Shown: one piece after another, positions 40,244-49,722 of the stretch
Layout: the number at the start of each line of letters is the position of its first letter
How positions within the stretch are numbered: position 1 is the first letter of the stretch
Assembly (NCBI GenBank): GCA_043823085.1
Contig: JBDRBE010000001.1
Location: forward strand, 113,110-177,109
Direction of reading: 5' to 3'
DNA length: 64,000 bases
Origin: Candidatus Levyibacteriota bacterium
Lineage (GTDB): Bacteria > Patescibacteriota > Microgenomatia > Levybacterales > UBA12049
Program-made: the position numbers and the translations under genes
The notes under the pieces: generated by a model
Told to the model about the DNA's origin: nothing
Seen by the model: only the letters and a program-made list of their open reading frames with translations
Databases searched by the model: none

Positions 40244-40861
40244 TCAAACAGTAAAATCTGGGCCTTGACTATAATCAAAACCTATGCTTTGACATTTTAT
40301 CGACGGCACGCCTGAAACCAGTGCATTATTTACTGTATCCAATAATTGATCCGTTAATTTTAACCTTTCTTCGAATGGGTTTCTTGCAAAATCTTGCAAT
40401 CTGTATAATCTTTGTCCTGCCAACTCATTGAGTTCAATGTCGCAAGATTCTGAATCGAGCTTTATTCTTGCTTGCTTAAAAATAGTGTCGTCCTGCTGCT
40501 TCTTTTGCTCTAAAGTGGGAATAAAAATGCCCAAAGCATAACTTGTTTCTAATCCTTTTTTCGAAGAAATAAATGTTGTCAACTTTTTAAGTCCCAAAAC
40601 ATAATTTCTTGTAGAATTTTTAAACCCTGCGTCTCTTAAAATTTTTCTCCATTCTTTTGTAAACTTTAAGTCTATAAGTTTTAAATAAATAACAGACCAC
40701 ATCTTTTGGTAATTTGCGACACGTTTTTTTTCGAGCGCTCTTCTTATATCCTCTTCCTCCGGAAAGTGTTGGTCAAAAATTCCCTTTGCCTTTGCAACTA
40801 CTTGTCCATAAAATAATTCCGACTGTGAAATAGGTTTTTCTTTTCCTGATTCTTTACCCAT
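40244..40861 (-). CDS. hypothetical protein
   Basis: 205-aa ORF with TGnTATACT 7 nt before the ATG. Confidence 0.6.
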   Translation of the reverse strand: MGKESGKEKPISQSELFYGQVVAKAKGIFDQHFPEEEDIRRALEKKRVANYQKMWSVIYLKLIDLKFTKEWRKILRDAGFKNSTRNYVLGLKKLTTFISSKKGLETSYALGIFIPTLEQKKQQDDTIFKQARIKLDSESCDIELNELAGQRLYRLQDFARNPFEERLKLTDQLLDTVNNALVSGVPSIKCQSIGFDYSQGPDFTV

Positions 40862-40986
40862 ATCTCATAGTATAACATCCGCTATAAAAATTATCAACGT
40901 GATGAATTTTATATCCCTCGGCGCAATAATTATTTTAAAAGTTTAAATAACAGCATTTTTAGTGAACTATTTGATATACTCTAACT

Positions 40987-41499
40987 ATGAATTTTAAAAA
41001 ATTTATTAGACCTGGGAAGAAAGCTTCTGATATTACTCCTTTATTTTTAGATAAAGAGGCTTTTCAGAATCTAATTGATAAATTAGCTAATTTATTTAGA
41101 GATCAAAAAATTGATAAAGTTGCCTGTGTTGAAGGCAGAGGATTTATTTTAGGTTCAGCAGTAGCTTATAGGCTTAAACTTGGTCTAATCCTTATTAGGC
41201 AACAAGGAAAATTACAAAATGAAAGCTTATCTGCAACTTACACTGATTATTCAGGACAGGAAAAAGTTTTAGAAATCCACAAAGACGCAATTTTATGTGG
41301 GGATAATATTTTAATAATTGATGATTGGGTAGAAACGGGGAATACTTTGAAGACAGTTATTCAATTAATCCAAAAGTGTCAAGGAAAAGTTGTAGGGATA
41401 GGTGTTTTTATTGATGATTCTAATGAAAATCTGAAAGAATATTTAAGGAATTATAATTACAAATTTTTAGAAAAGGTTTCCCAACAAGATAATTTCTAA
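40987..41499 (+). CDS. apt: adenine phosphoribosyltransferase-like protein
   Basis: DITPLF, VEGRGFILG, LEIHKDAI, PRPP-binding motif IIDDWVETGNT. Confidence 0.8.
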   Translation: MNFKKFIRPGKKASDITPLFLDKEAFQNLIDKLANLFRDQKIDKVACVEGRGFILGSAVAYRLKLGLILIRQQGKLQNESLSATYTDYSGQEKVLEIHKDAILCGDNILIIDDWVETGNTLKTVIQLIQKCQGKVVGIGVFIDDSNENLKEYLRNYNYKFLEKVSQQDNF

Positions 41500-41695
41500 T
41501 TGATAATTTCGAGCAAATTTTATACTTCGATTTCACTCAGTACAATAGCACTTCGGCTGCACTCAGTGCAAGCTATGGTGGTGAGCGAAGTCGAACCAGG
41601 AGTTTTGGAGGAATTTACCACACGCAAACAACCCGCTGGGTTTACCCTGAGTCAAATCGAAAGGTTTCCCCATGGGCTGTTTTACCTATAGGTAC

Positions 41696-42277
41696 TTACG
41701 GAAGTATTGTCCATTGATCGTTTAGACCGAAACCTGGTGCGCCAATCTTACTATACAATCCATTTAATCCAGCTGCTGGGTCATTCCATACTTCTTGAAT
41801 GATAGTATATTGCCCCCAAAGAGGACTACCTGAACCTGTCCAAACTATTTTTACAAAATCGGTATAGTGTTGAACATCACCATTCGCATCTGTATAACTA
41901 CCGTTAAATTGATTAGTCAACCAACCTTTACTTACTCCATCTGCAACTCCATCAACTAAACCCCTGTCCAGTTTTCCATCTCCATTGCAGTCAACATTTG
42001 CCAACCAGGCATCACTCCATTTCATTATAAGCTTATCACCCGAAGTAACCGGTACTGCGGGGCGGGAGTAATTGTCATAGTAACCGTTAAATATACGGGC
42101 TTGATAGTTATAACCATATTGGTCATAGCCAACTGATACAGGATTACCCGTACTATCAGTAATAGTGCCATCTTTGATGGTTGCGCAAGATTTTGATGCT
42201 GCAAAAGCTGGAACTGCTACAGTTACTAAAAGTATGGCAACCGCAGAAACTCCTACCAAAAAAGTTTTTATATTCAT
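41696..42277 (-). CDS. secreted hypothetical protein
   Basis: Signal peptide ending AVPAFA, one DxNxDGxxD Ca-binding-like loop, SD AGGAGGTGA. Confidence 0.7.
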   Translation of the reverse strand: MNIKTFLVGVSAVAILLVTVAVPAFAASKSCATIKDGTITDSTGNPVSVGYDQYGYNYQARIFNGYYDNYSRPAVPVTSGDKLIMKWSDAWLANVDCNGDGKLDRGLVDGVADGVSKGWLTNQFNGSYTDANGDVQHYTDFVKIVWTGSGSPLWGQYTIIQEVWNDPAAGLNGLYSKIGAPGFGLNDQWTILP

Positions 42278-42486
42278 TTTGTCACCTCCTTCCTTATTTA
42301 AATCCTATATTTAAATTATTATCTCTTTCCTTTCATAAAGTCAAGAATTCCGTTAGGCGACTTGCTACCGTTGGGATGGAATTATATTGACATCTGTGCG
42401 AAGTTTTTAGCATTTTTTGAGGCCTTGCGACTTTTTGATAATTTAAGCCAGCCCACATCTTTCCAGAGGTTAAAATTCTAGAGATG

Positions 42487-42978
42487 TTACTTGGCTTTTT
42501 TCTTAGCAGTTTCTTCTTTTTGAGATTTAATGAATTTAAGATAACCTAAAAATATTGCAATTATCAAACCAACAGTCACCACCAAAAATCTAAACTTAGC
42601 ATCCTCACTGGCAAACCCTCGGATAATAGAATAGGTTAAAGTTAACGCTCCCCCAAGCAGCATTCCATCAGCAATAACTTGAATCACCCTGGCAAAGGTT
42701 AAACTTATTATTAAAATAATTATTGCTGCCACCAGTGAAATAATCGAAATATCACGGTTGTAAACTTTACTTTTCTCCATAAAAACCCTTTCCTCAGCAT
42801 CAAACTTTTTCTGTTCTTGCCTTACCTCTGGAGAAATCTCATTCTTTGGAGGACAATATTTTATTGATAGTGGTGGCTCCGGGGCTTTGGGTCCAGGATA
42901 AAAAGCATCAATTCCCACTCCAACAAAGGTAGCAAGAAGTATTCCGATAAAAATAACGTAGACAAACCTTAATATCAT
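42487..42978 (-). CDS. membrane protein, hypothetical (4 TM)
   Basis: Hydrophobic segments. Confidence 0.7.
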   Translation of the reverse strand: MILRFVYVIFIGILLATFVGVGIDAFYPGPKAPEPPLSIKYCPPKNEISPEVRQEQKKFDAEERVFMEKSKVYNRDISIISLVAAIIILIISLTFARVIQVIADGMLLGGALTLTYSIIRGFASEDAKFRFLVVTVGLIIAIFLGYLKFIKSQKEETAKKKAK

Positions 42979-43029
42979 CTATACTAAAATTCAGTGTAAC
43001 ATAAAAATAGGAAAAATTCCAGGAAACAA

Positions 43030-43995
43030 TTACTCAATTGAGGTTGAGCCTTTGTAGATTTTTGGGGCTAACCAGTCCGGCGGTGTTTCCTCTTCTTCGG
43101 TCGTATCTTCTTCAACCGCGTTTCGTCTTTTTATTGATGTGGGCGGAGTTTGCTTAATAGTTTTTAAACCAGTGGATTTTAAATCGTCGAGGAAATTCTT
43201 CTTTGGCATCGGTTGTGCCCAATCTTGTACCTTTTTTTGAAGAGGTTTTTCTTCTGGTAAACTTTTTGGTCTGACTGCTCCTTTTCGAAGAAGTGTGGCA
43301 CAAAGTTCAAAAGCAAAAGGAGAAGTTTTAAAATTGGAAAAATTATCTGTGGCAAAAGAAAGACCATTCAAAAGATTCTGCGCAACATCAATATCTATTT
43401 CAAATCCCAAAAAGGTTAGAATTCTTGCCATTTGCTCGCAAACTGATGAAAAATCAGGAGAAACAAAAACTATATCGCCAAAGGCTTGATTATCTGCTTT
43501 ATTATCAACGTTAATAAGTGTTGCGCCTTTTAGAGCTTCCGGGTCAAAAAGATTGCCAAGATCGGACAATCTCGGTGTTCCAATAATAAAAATTGTTTTT
43601 GGCAGACCCCCGCCTCTTTTAAACATCACGTCATCTTGCGAAAAGGAAAAACCCAATTCTCCGGCCTTTACTAAAATATTTAAGTATCCTTGTTCCAACG
43701 TATAAGAAACTTTTTCGATTTCTCCTTCCTCATAAGGAAAAGAAACAACCAAATCTCCGCTTTCGCCTGTGTCCAGACTTTTTTTGACTTTATTTATTCC
43801 AATTAAAGATGAAATTTCAACTAAAGGATCAAGAGGTGTAGCAATAGAGACCTTTTTATTCACTTGTTGGAGTAAAAGATAAAGAGAAAGCGCCGCACCC
43901 ATATTATCCAAATTGGCATCTTTCCCAATCAAAATTCCAATTGATTCGTCTTTTGCAAGAATTTCCTTAATTTGACCAAAAATGGCATTGTCCAT
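43030..43995 (-). CDS. DHH/NrnA-like phosphoesterase homologue with degenerate active site
   Basis: Position after infB, LINVDNK in place of IDHH, SSVCE, and ATDNF in place of DTGxF. Confidence 0.65.
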   Translation of the reverse strand: MDNAIFGQIKEILAKDESIGILIGKDANLDNMGAALSLYLLLQQVNKKVSIATPLDPLVEISSLIGINKVKKSLDTGESGDLVVSFPYEEGEIEKVSYTLEQGYLNILVKAGELGFSFSQDDVMFKRGGGLPKTIFIIGTPRLSDLGNLFDPEALKGATLINVDNKADNQAFGDIVFVSPDFSSVCEQMARILTFLGFEIDIDVAQNLLNGLSFATDNFSNFKTSPFAFELCATLLRKGAVRPKSLPEEKPLQKKVQDWAQPMPKKNFLDDLKSTGLKTIKQTPPTSIKRRNAVEEDTTEEEETPPDWLAPKIYKGSTSIE

Positions 43996-43996
43996 G

Positions 43997-45490
43997 TTAT
44001 CGATGGGATATTAACATATCGCCTATAGTAAAGTCAAGGACGGGTGAAATAATAATTCCGGCTTCCTGTCCTTTTTCAATTTTTGAAACGATTTCCTTGC
44101 CCTGGCGAACCGAAGTAATCGTGCTTTCTCCGATTTTTTCCTCTCCTCTTATGAGTCTTATTCTATCGCCTCTTGCAATTCTGCCATCCATTACTTTAAT
44201 TCCTAAAACTTTGGTTTTTTCGTAAGGAAAAGAGGCTAAAATTTTTGCCGCACCCAAAATTTCTTCAATCAATGCTTCTTTTTTCCCTTCTATAACATCC
44301 TTCAACTCATCCAATAATTCATAAATTATTGAATAATTTCTAATTATTACTTTTTCTGTTTTGCTAAGTTTTGTAATTTCCGGTTTTACTTTTAAATTAA
44401 AACATATAATAATCGCTTTTGATTCTTTGGCCATTAATACATCCGATGGCCCGATATCGCCGGTTTTTTGACTGATAATATAAACACCTTTTGGCAAAGA
44501 AGCAACTATTGCCTCAAGTGACCCCAGGGTATCGGCGCAAAGAACAATTGAAAGACTTGCCACTTTTGAAGAATCGCCAATTGCTTCTTGCTCTTTAAGA
44601 GCCGCTGCCAAATGGGAGCCCGAAGAAACAGGACTCTGATCCAACTTTTCACTTTTTTTCGATACTACCGCTCCGACATTGGGAACTTTTTCAAATCCCA
44701 AAATTTCAACCGCATCTCCAACTATAGCGCTCTCCAAATTTTTACCTAAATCGTTAATAATTGATTTTACCCGCGCCTCAATTCCCTCTGAAATTAATTC
44801 ATCCCTGAATTTAAGTTTTCCTTTTTTTACAACAATTGTCGCCCTCGGTCCTGACCTTTGATCAAGTTTTGATTCAATAACAATTGCGCTAAAAGCTTCT
44901 TTCTCTGCTTCTTCTTTTGCTCTTTTAAGATTTGGTAAATGAACCTCGGAAACTAAAAGAATTAATTCTAAAAGTTCTTTTACATTTTTTCCTTTTTTTG
45001 CAGAAACTTCAATAACCGGAACATCTCCACCCAAACCTTCAAGTAAAACATTTTCTTTTAAAAGCTGATTTTTTACTTTCTCGGGATTTTTTTCGGGTAA
45101 ATCTGCTTTTGTTAAAACAACAATAAAAGGGATTTTTGCACTTTGTAAAAGTTTAATGCTTTCTTTTGTTTGGGGCATAACTCCGTCGGTTGCAGAAACT
45201 ATTAAAAGACCGATGTCTGCCGCAAGTGCTCCGCGCGATCGCATAGCCCAAAAAGCTTCATGACCGGGAGTATCGATAAAAGTTATTCTTCTTTTTTGGT
45301 TCTCACCAAGAATTTCAATGCTTGAAGCACCGATTTTTTGGGTAATTCCACCGTGTTCTCTTTGCGCAATATTTGTTTTTCGAATAGCGTCAAGCAAAGT
45401 TGTTTTCCCATGATCAACGTGTCCTAAAACCGCAACTACAGGAGGGAAAAAGTTTGATACCGAGGCGACTTTCGTTTTATTTTTAACCAT
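43997..45490 (-). CDS. infB: translation initiation factor IF-2 (no N-terminal domain)
   Basis: GHVDHGKTT, GGITQ, DTPGHEAF, TKAD, DTLGSLEA, IIYELL. Confidence 0.95.
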   Translation of the reverse strand: MVKNKTKVASVSNFFPPVVAVLGHVDHGKTTLLDAIRKTNIAQREHGGITQKIGASSIEILGENQKRRITFIDTPGHEAFWAMRSRGALAADIGLLIVSATDGVMPQTKESIKLLQSAKIPFIVVLTKADLPEKNPEKVKNQLLKENVLLEGLGGDVPVIEVSAKKGKNVKELLELILLVSEVHLPNLKRAKEEAEKEAFSAIVIESKLDQRSGPRATIVVKKGKLKFRDELISEGIEARVKSIINDLGKNLESAIVGDAVEILGFEKVPNVGAVVSKKSEKLDQSPVSSGSHLAAALKEQEAIGDSSKVASLSIVLCADTLGSLEAIVASLPKGVYIISQKTGDIGPSDVLMAKESKAIIICFNLKVKPEITKLSKTEKVIIRNYSIIYELLDELKDVIEGKKEALIEEILGAAKILASFPYEKTKVLGIKVMDGRIARGDRIRLIRGEEKIGESTITSVRQGKEIVSKIEKGQEAGIIISPVLDFTIGDMLISHR

Positions 45491-45508
45491 AATATATTAA
45501 ACATTGAA

Positions 45509-46495
45509 TTATACTTCTTTCTCTTCTAATTCTTTTTCCAATGTTTCTTCTTTTCCTTTAATTTCAATTCTGTAACCGGTTAATTTTGATGCCAGTCTAA
45601 CATTTTGTCCGCCTTGCCCAATGGCAAGAGAAAGTTCATTTTGGGGAATGGTAACGTTGGCTGTTTTTCCTTCTTCATCAAGCTCAACTGTAATATCTTT
45701 GGCCGGCGAAAGAGAATTGGCAAGATAAGTTTTAATATTTTCCTGCCATTGAATAATATCGATTTTCTCAAGTCCTCCGAATTCTTCGATAATTGCCTGT
45801 ACCCTGACTCCTTTTTGTCCGACACAGCTTCCAACCGGATCAATACCGGATTGGGTTGAAGAAACAGCCACTTTTGCTCTTATTCCCGGTTCTCTGGCAA
45901 TATTTTTAATAACAACTGTTCCTTGAGAAACTTCCGGAACTTCTCTTTTGAAAAGTCCTTCCAAAAGTCCGTTTGCGGCACGGGAAACAATAATTTCTTC
46001 TCCTTTTAACCCCGGCTTAATATCTAAAATATAAACCGTCAATCTTTGATTAAGATGATATTTTTCATTAGGAATTTGCTCTTGTGATGGCATTATTCCT
46101 TCTGCTTTTCCAATGTCAACAATAATATTTGGACCGGCAAATTTTAAAACCATGCCATTAACAATAGTGCCGACTCTTGCCCTGTAATCGGTGACTATGG
46201 CTTCCTTTTCTTTTTCTCTGATTTTTTGTAAAATTACTTGTTTTGCAGTTTGAGCGGCAATTCGGCCAAAACCAGGAGGCGTAACATCTTTGTCTTTATA
46301 AAAAATGCGGGCTTCTCCCGTATTTGGATTGAGGGTAGCAGTATAGTCTTCAACAATAATGTCCGGATTGTCTTTTCGGTAGGCGGCCAAAATGGCGTTT
46401 TTGACAGTTTCCAAAACCACCGAAACATCAACACCGCGTTCGTTGGCAACCTGATTTAAAGCTAGTGCAAATTCACTTCTTTGTATAGCCGGCAT
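45509..46495 (-). CDS. nusA: transcription factor NusA
   Basis: FGRIAAQTAKQVI, AREPG, DPVGSCVG, AIGQGGQNVRLA. Confidence 0.97.
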   Translation of the reverse strand: MPAIQRSEFALALNQVANERGVDVSVVLETVKNAILAAYRKDNPDIIVEDYTATLNPNTGEARIFYKDKDVTPPGFGRIAAQTAKQVILQKIREKEKEAIVTDYRARVGTIVNGMVLKFAGPNIIVDIGKAEGIMPSQEQIPNEKYHLNQRLTVYILDIKPGLKGEEIIVSRAANGLLEGLFKREVPEVSQGTVVIKNIAREPGIRAKVAVSSTQSGIDPVGSCVGQKGVRVQAIIEEFGGLEKIDIIQWQENIKTYLANSLSPAKDITVELDEEGKTANVTIPQNELSLAIGQGGQNVRLASKLTGYRIEIKGKEETLEKELEEKEV

Positions 46496-46557
46496 AGTTG
46501 CACCAGTATACCAGATTCACCTCCAACCTTCAACTCGCTGAGGTTTAAAAAATTTAA

Positions 46558-48933
46558 TTATTGGAGAATAATATTATTATTTGCGTCTGTTGAAAGAATA
46601 ATTTTGTCGCCGCGTTTTATTTCGTCTTTGAGGATTTTTTGCGCCAAGAAATCTTCAATATTATCCTGAATAAAACGGCGGAGCGGTCTTGCACCAAATT
46701 GTTTGTCAAAACCCTCTTTGGCAACTTTGACAATTAAATTTTCGCTGAACGAAACCATAATATCCTGCTCTAAAAGTTTTTTAGAAACGCTATCAAGCAT
46801 TAATTTTGCAACTTGTGCCACTTCATTTTCTCCAAGCGGTTGGAAAACAATTACGCCGTCGAGCCTGTTTAAAAGTTCCGGCTTAAAAATTCCTTTTGTT
46901 TGCAAAAAATCCAAAAGCTTTGCCTGAAAGCCTTTATCAACAGAGCTTCCTTTTTGTACTTCTTCCCTGATAAACTCTGAACCCGCATTGGAAGTTGCAA
47001 TAATTATTGAATTAAGAAAAGAAACGGTTTTTCCTTTGTTATCGGTTAATCTCCCATCTTCAAAAACCTGCAGGAAAAGATTAAGAATTTCGGGATTTGC
47101 TTTTTCAAATTCGTCTAAAAGAACTAGGGAAAAAGGATTTTCATAAATTTTATCTGTTAGCTCTCCTTTTTCACTTCCTTGCCCGGGAGGCGCTCCAAGT
47201 AATCGTTTGACTCCATCTGTCCCCGTATACTCACTCATATCAAGCCTTATCATTTTTTCTTCCCCGCCAAAATAAATGGCAGCTAAAGCTTTTGCTGTTT
47301 CTGTTTTTCCAACTCCGGTTGGACCAAGAAAAAGAAAAGAAATTGGTTTTGTCGCAGAGCCAAGTCCGCTTCTAAGTCTTCTTAATGCCTCTGAAATTGC
47401 TATAACCGCTTCTTTTTGATCTACAATTCTCTCATGCAGTTTATCTTCCAAGTGAAGTAATAATTCTTTTTCTTCCCCTTTTGGTTTGGCAACTGCAATT
47501 TTGGTTTTTTCTTCAATCTTATTAACTACGTCTTCTTCTCCAGCTATTTTTTTGCCTGATAAATAAACGCTGTTTGCGACATCACTTAAGAGCAAAACAC
47601 CGCTTCCGGGCATAACTCTATCGGGCATATATTTATCTGCCAAATCGCATGCGGTCAAAATTGAACGGTAGCTTAAAGAAATTTTATTTTTTTTCTCAAT
47701 ATTTTTTGCCTTTTCCAAAAGCATTTTAAGCACCGAGTTTTTATCCGGCTCTTGGAGTTTTATTATTTCAAAAACTTCCAAGACTTCTTTAGCCTGTTCA
47801 ATATATGTTTTAAAATTGCCCGGAGTTGATGTAGTAATAAATCTTAAATTACCTTTTTTAAGATATGGCAGGAGCGCTCCGGATAAATCAAGATGAAAGC
47901 TTGAAGATCCTAAAATATTTTGAAATTCCGGAATAAAAATAATAACATTTCCTGCATGACTAATTTCTTCGATAATTGCCTGAAGTCTTGCTTCTAAATC
48001 GCCTTGATTTTGCGTACCTGCCAAAAGCGAACCGATCATTAATTCAAAAATCCGCTGATGATAAGATGTTCCGGGCATGTCGCTTGTAAAACTTTCAAAA
48101 CAAAGCCTCTTAACAATGCTTGTTTTTCCAGAACCAGGTTCTCCCACCAAAAGAACATTATTTTTTTCTTTACCGCTGATAACTTCTATTGTTCTTTTAA
48201 GCTCGATATCACGTCCCACTAACGCCGGCTTTTCTCCCAATACTTCATTTGTAATATCTCTGGCGTATTTTTTGGTTTCCAAAGTCCAGCCGTAGACCCA
48301 TTCCTCGCCAATTCCTTCGCCCCAAAAATCAACGCGCCAAGGCCTTGGATTTTCTTCATTTGGAAAATCATTTCTTGCCCAAAATAAAATTGCTAAAAAA
48401 TCTTCTCTTTTGAGTTTTTTGGAAAATAAAAGTTTAGCGTTTGGTTCATTTAATAAAATAAAAGCGGTAAAAACGTCCATGGTTGTCACAAATTTTCCGC
48501 CAATTTCTTTTACAACATTCAAGGCCGCAGCTGCTAATTCTTCTTTTGAAATTTCCGAGAATTGAATTTCTTTTTGGGAAAAATCCGATTTATTGACCAT
48601 GAATTTTATTTGCTCGCAATTTAAAAGGTTTTTAATTATTACCGATGATTTATCGTTGCTCTTAAAAAGAGCAAGCGCTTGTAAGGTAAAAGATTGATAT
48701 GGATTTTTACCGTCATTGTTTTGCGCTGAAACTTTTGGAGTAATTTTTGCGATTTTAAAACGGAAGAAAATTTCAAAAATCAAAAAGAGAGATAAAAGAG
48801 CAAACGGGAGAAACCAGGCGATATTTAAAACCGCAAGAATAAAAAACCACAAAAGGGTTACAAGAAGAAAAAGCCTAACTGTTTTGGCAAGTGAATTTGT
48901 GTAAAAAGAATAAAATTTTGCGTATTCAATCAT
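46558..48933 (-). CDS. ClpA/ClpB-family double AAA+ ATPase with N-terminal transmembrane helices
   Basis: GEPGSGKT, GPTGVGKTETAK, RLDMSEY, LLDEFEK, FKPELLNR, GARPLRR. Two hydrophobic helices at the N-terminus. Confidence 0.9.
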   Translation of the reverse strand: MIEYAKFYSFYTNSLAKTVRLFLLVTLLWFFILAVLNIAWFLPFALLSLFLIFEIFFRFKIAKITPKVSAQNNDGKNPYQSFTLQALALFKSNDKSSVIIKNLLNCEQIKFMVNKSDFSQKEIQFSEISKEELAAAALNVVKEIGGKFVTTMDVFTAFILLNEPNAKLLFSKKLKREDFLAILFWARNDFPNEENPRPWRVDFWGEGIGEEWVYGWTLETKKYARDITNEVLGEKPALVGRDIELKRTIEVISGKEKNNVLLVGEPGSGKTSIVKRLCFESFTSDMPGTSYHQRIFELMIGSLLAGTQNQGDLEARLQAIIEEISHAGNVIIFIPEFQNILGSSSFHLDLSGALLPYLKKGNLRFITTSTPGNFKTYIEQAKEVLEVFEIIKLQEPDKNSVLKMLLEKAKNIEKKNKISLSYRSILTACDLADKYMPDRVMPGSGVLLLSDVANSVYLSGKKIAGEEDVVNKIEEKTKIAVAKPKGEEKELLLHLEDKLHERIVDQKEAVIAISEALRRLRSGLGSATKPISFLFLGPTGVGKTETAKALAAIYFGGEEKMIRLDMSEYTGTDGVKRLLGAPPGQGSEKGELTDKIYENPFSLVLLDEFEKANPEILNLFLQVFEDGRLTDNKGKTVSFLNSIIIATSNAGSEFIREEVQKGSSVDKGFQAKLLDFLQTKGIFKPELLNRLDGVIVFQPLGENEVAQVAKLMLDSVSKKLLEQDIMVSFSENLIVKVAKEGFDKQFGARPLRRFIQDNIEDFLAQKILKDEIKRGDKIILSTDANNNIILQ

Positions 48934-49017
48934 AATTTAGAATTCTTGACGTTAGAATTTCTTGATATCTTTGAACTTGAATCTTTGATTTCTTGAATTC
49001 TAGATATCAAGATTTCA

Positions 49018-49035
49018 ATTCGTCAGCTGACGAAT
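49018..49035. repeat. perfect palindrome attcgtcagctgacgaat inside a low-complexity inverted tract
   Basis: Compensatory variant of atccgccagctggcggat in tatD. Confidence 0.7.
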
Positions 49036-49063
49036 CAAGATCAAGAATATCCAACTTCCAACT

Positions 49064-49390
49064 TCAAGGCTTCAATAATAATAGTATCGTAACAATCGGC
49101 CAGAGAATAAATGCTAAAATAAAAATTATTTCTGCTGATAAAAGTAGTAACAATAGAACAATGTCGGCAATAATTACAATGCTTTTTACAAACATCCCCA
49201 TTCCTATCGAAAACCCGACCAAGCCTTTTCGATATTCATTCTTCCATGGTTTGAAGAATGTTTTAACAAGAAGTGAAAGGGAAAACATTTCCAAAAATGC
49301 GTGATTAAGAGAACCAAAGAAAGACATGATTGAAGCCGGCGCTTCTAAGAACCAAAACCTTAAAAAAACCAAAGGAAGATTAAAATAAAC
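49064..49390 (-). CDS. small membrane protein upstream of the Clp-like ATPase (start uncertain)
   Basis: FWF..AP, FSLSLLVKTFFKPWK and a C-terminal TM. The ORF-track start lies in a palindrome and is probably too far upstream. Confidence 0.65.
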   Translation of the reverse strand, partial: VYFNLPLVFLRFWFLEAPASIMSFFGSLNHAFLEMFSLSLLVKTFFKPWKNEYRKGLVGFSIGMGMFVKSIVIIADIVLLLLLLSAEIIFILAFILWPIVTILLLLKP

Positions 49391-49473
49391 AAATTTTGTT
49401 ACTTCGTAATAAAAATTCCCCACAAAGTAAGTGTATGAAGTTTCCCCAAAAATTGCAACGCCCCAGAGGTTAT

Positions 49474-49498
49474 TTGTTACACCCCCGAGGTGTAACAA
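49474..49498. repeat. TTACACC/GGTGTAA palindromic element
   Basis: ttgttacacccccgaggtgtaacaa. Confidence 0.85.
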
Positions 49499-49675
49499 GT
49501 AACGAGTTTTAAATTTGTTATACTATGGAAAAGAATTTAGAAGAAAGAGTTTTGGATCTTCTTCCGATCTTGGATCGGAAAAATTCCTACTAGAATAATA
49601 GGTGTCACAATTTACGCTATTATAGCAAAAATCTTGCTCGTTTTGAGTATGTTTTCCAAATAATTTTGTTACACT

Positions 49676-49698
49676 AGTTACACCTCCGAGGTGTAACT
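49676..49698. repeat. TTACACC/GGTGTAA palindromic element
   Basis: agttacacctccgaggtgtaact, with a compensatory outer A-T pair. Confidence 0.85.
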
Positions 49699-49722
49699 TC
49701 TTACACTGAGGAAACCTTTGTA

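Larger units (their letters stand above)
36846..41614 (+). repeat. array of 6-7 degenerate direct repeats, each separating one accessory gene
   Basis: Copies at ~36846 (weak), 37425-37469, 38281-38348, 39221-39318, 40078-40226, 40904-40927, 41514-41614. Exact shared blocks: gcaattgggagtttt (37453, 40205), caaattttatac (39222, 41514), ccctcggc (38292, 40915), gtcgaaccagg (39298, 41590). Confidence 0.7.

Noticed and set aside
36846-41614. Classical integron or CALIN
   Set aside because: No intI in the window, no clear RYYYAAC...GTTRRRY ends, and genes face both directions. Kept as a non-canonical array pending an attC model search.
39111-41691. Short ORFs 39111-39341, 40106-40315 and 41500-41691 with similar peptides as a microprotein family
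   Set aside because: The similarity is confined to the DNA repeat and its hairpin inserts, frames differ across the motif, and two overlap real genes.
44600-44640. IF2 linker SPVSSGSHLAAA as a repeat-derived insert
   Set aside because: GC-rich but with only a weak stem, no related copy in the window, and it lies in a variable linker.
49391-49498. N-terminal extension MLHLGGVT... of the 49064 ORF
   Set aside because: Starts inside the palindromic element, so it is likely incidental read-through.
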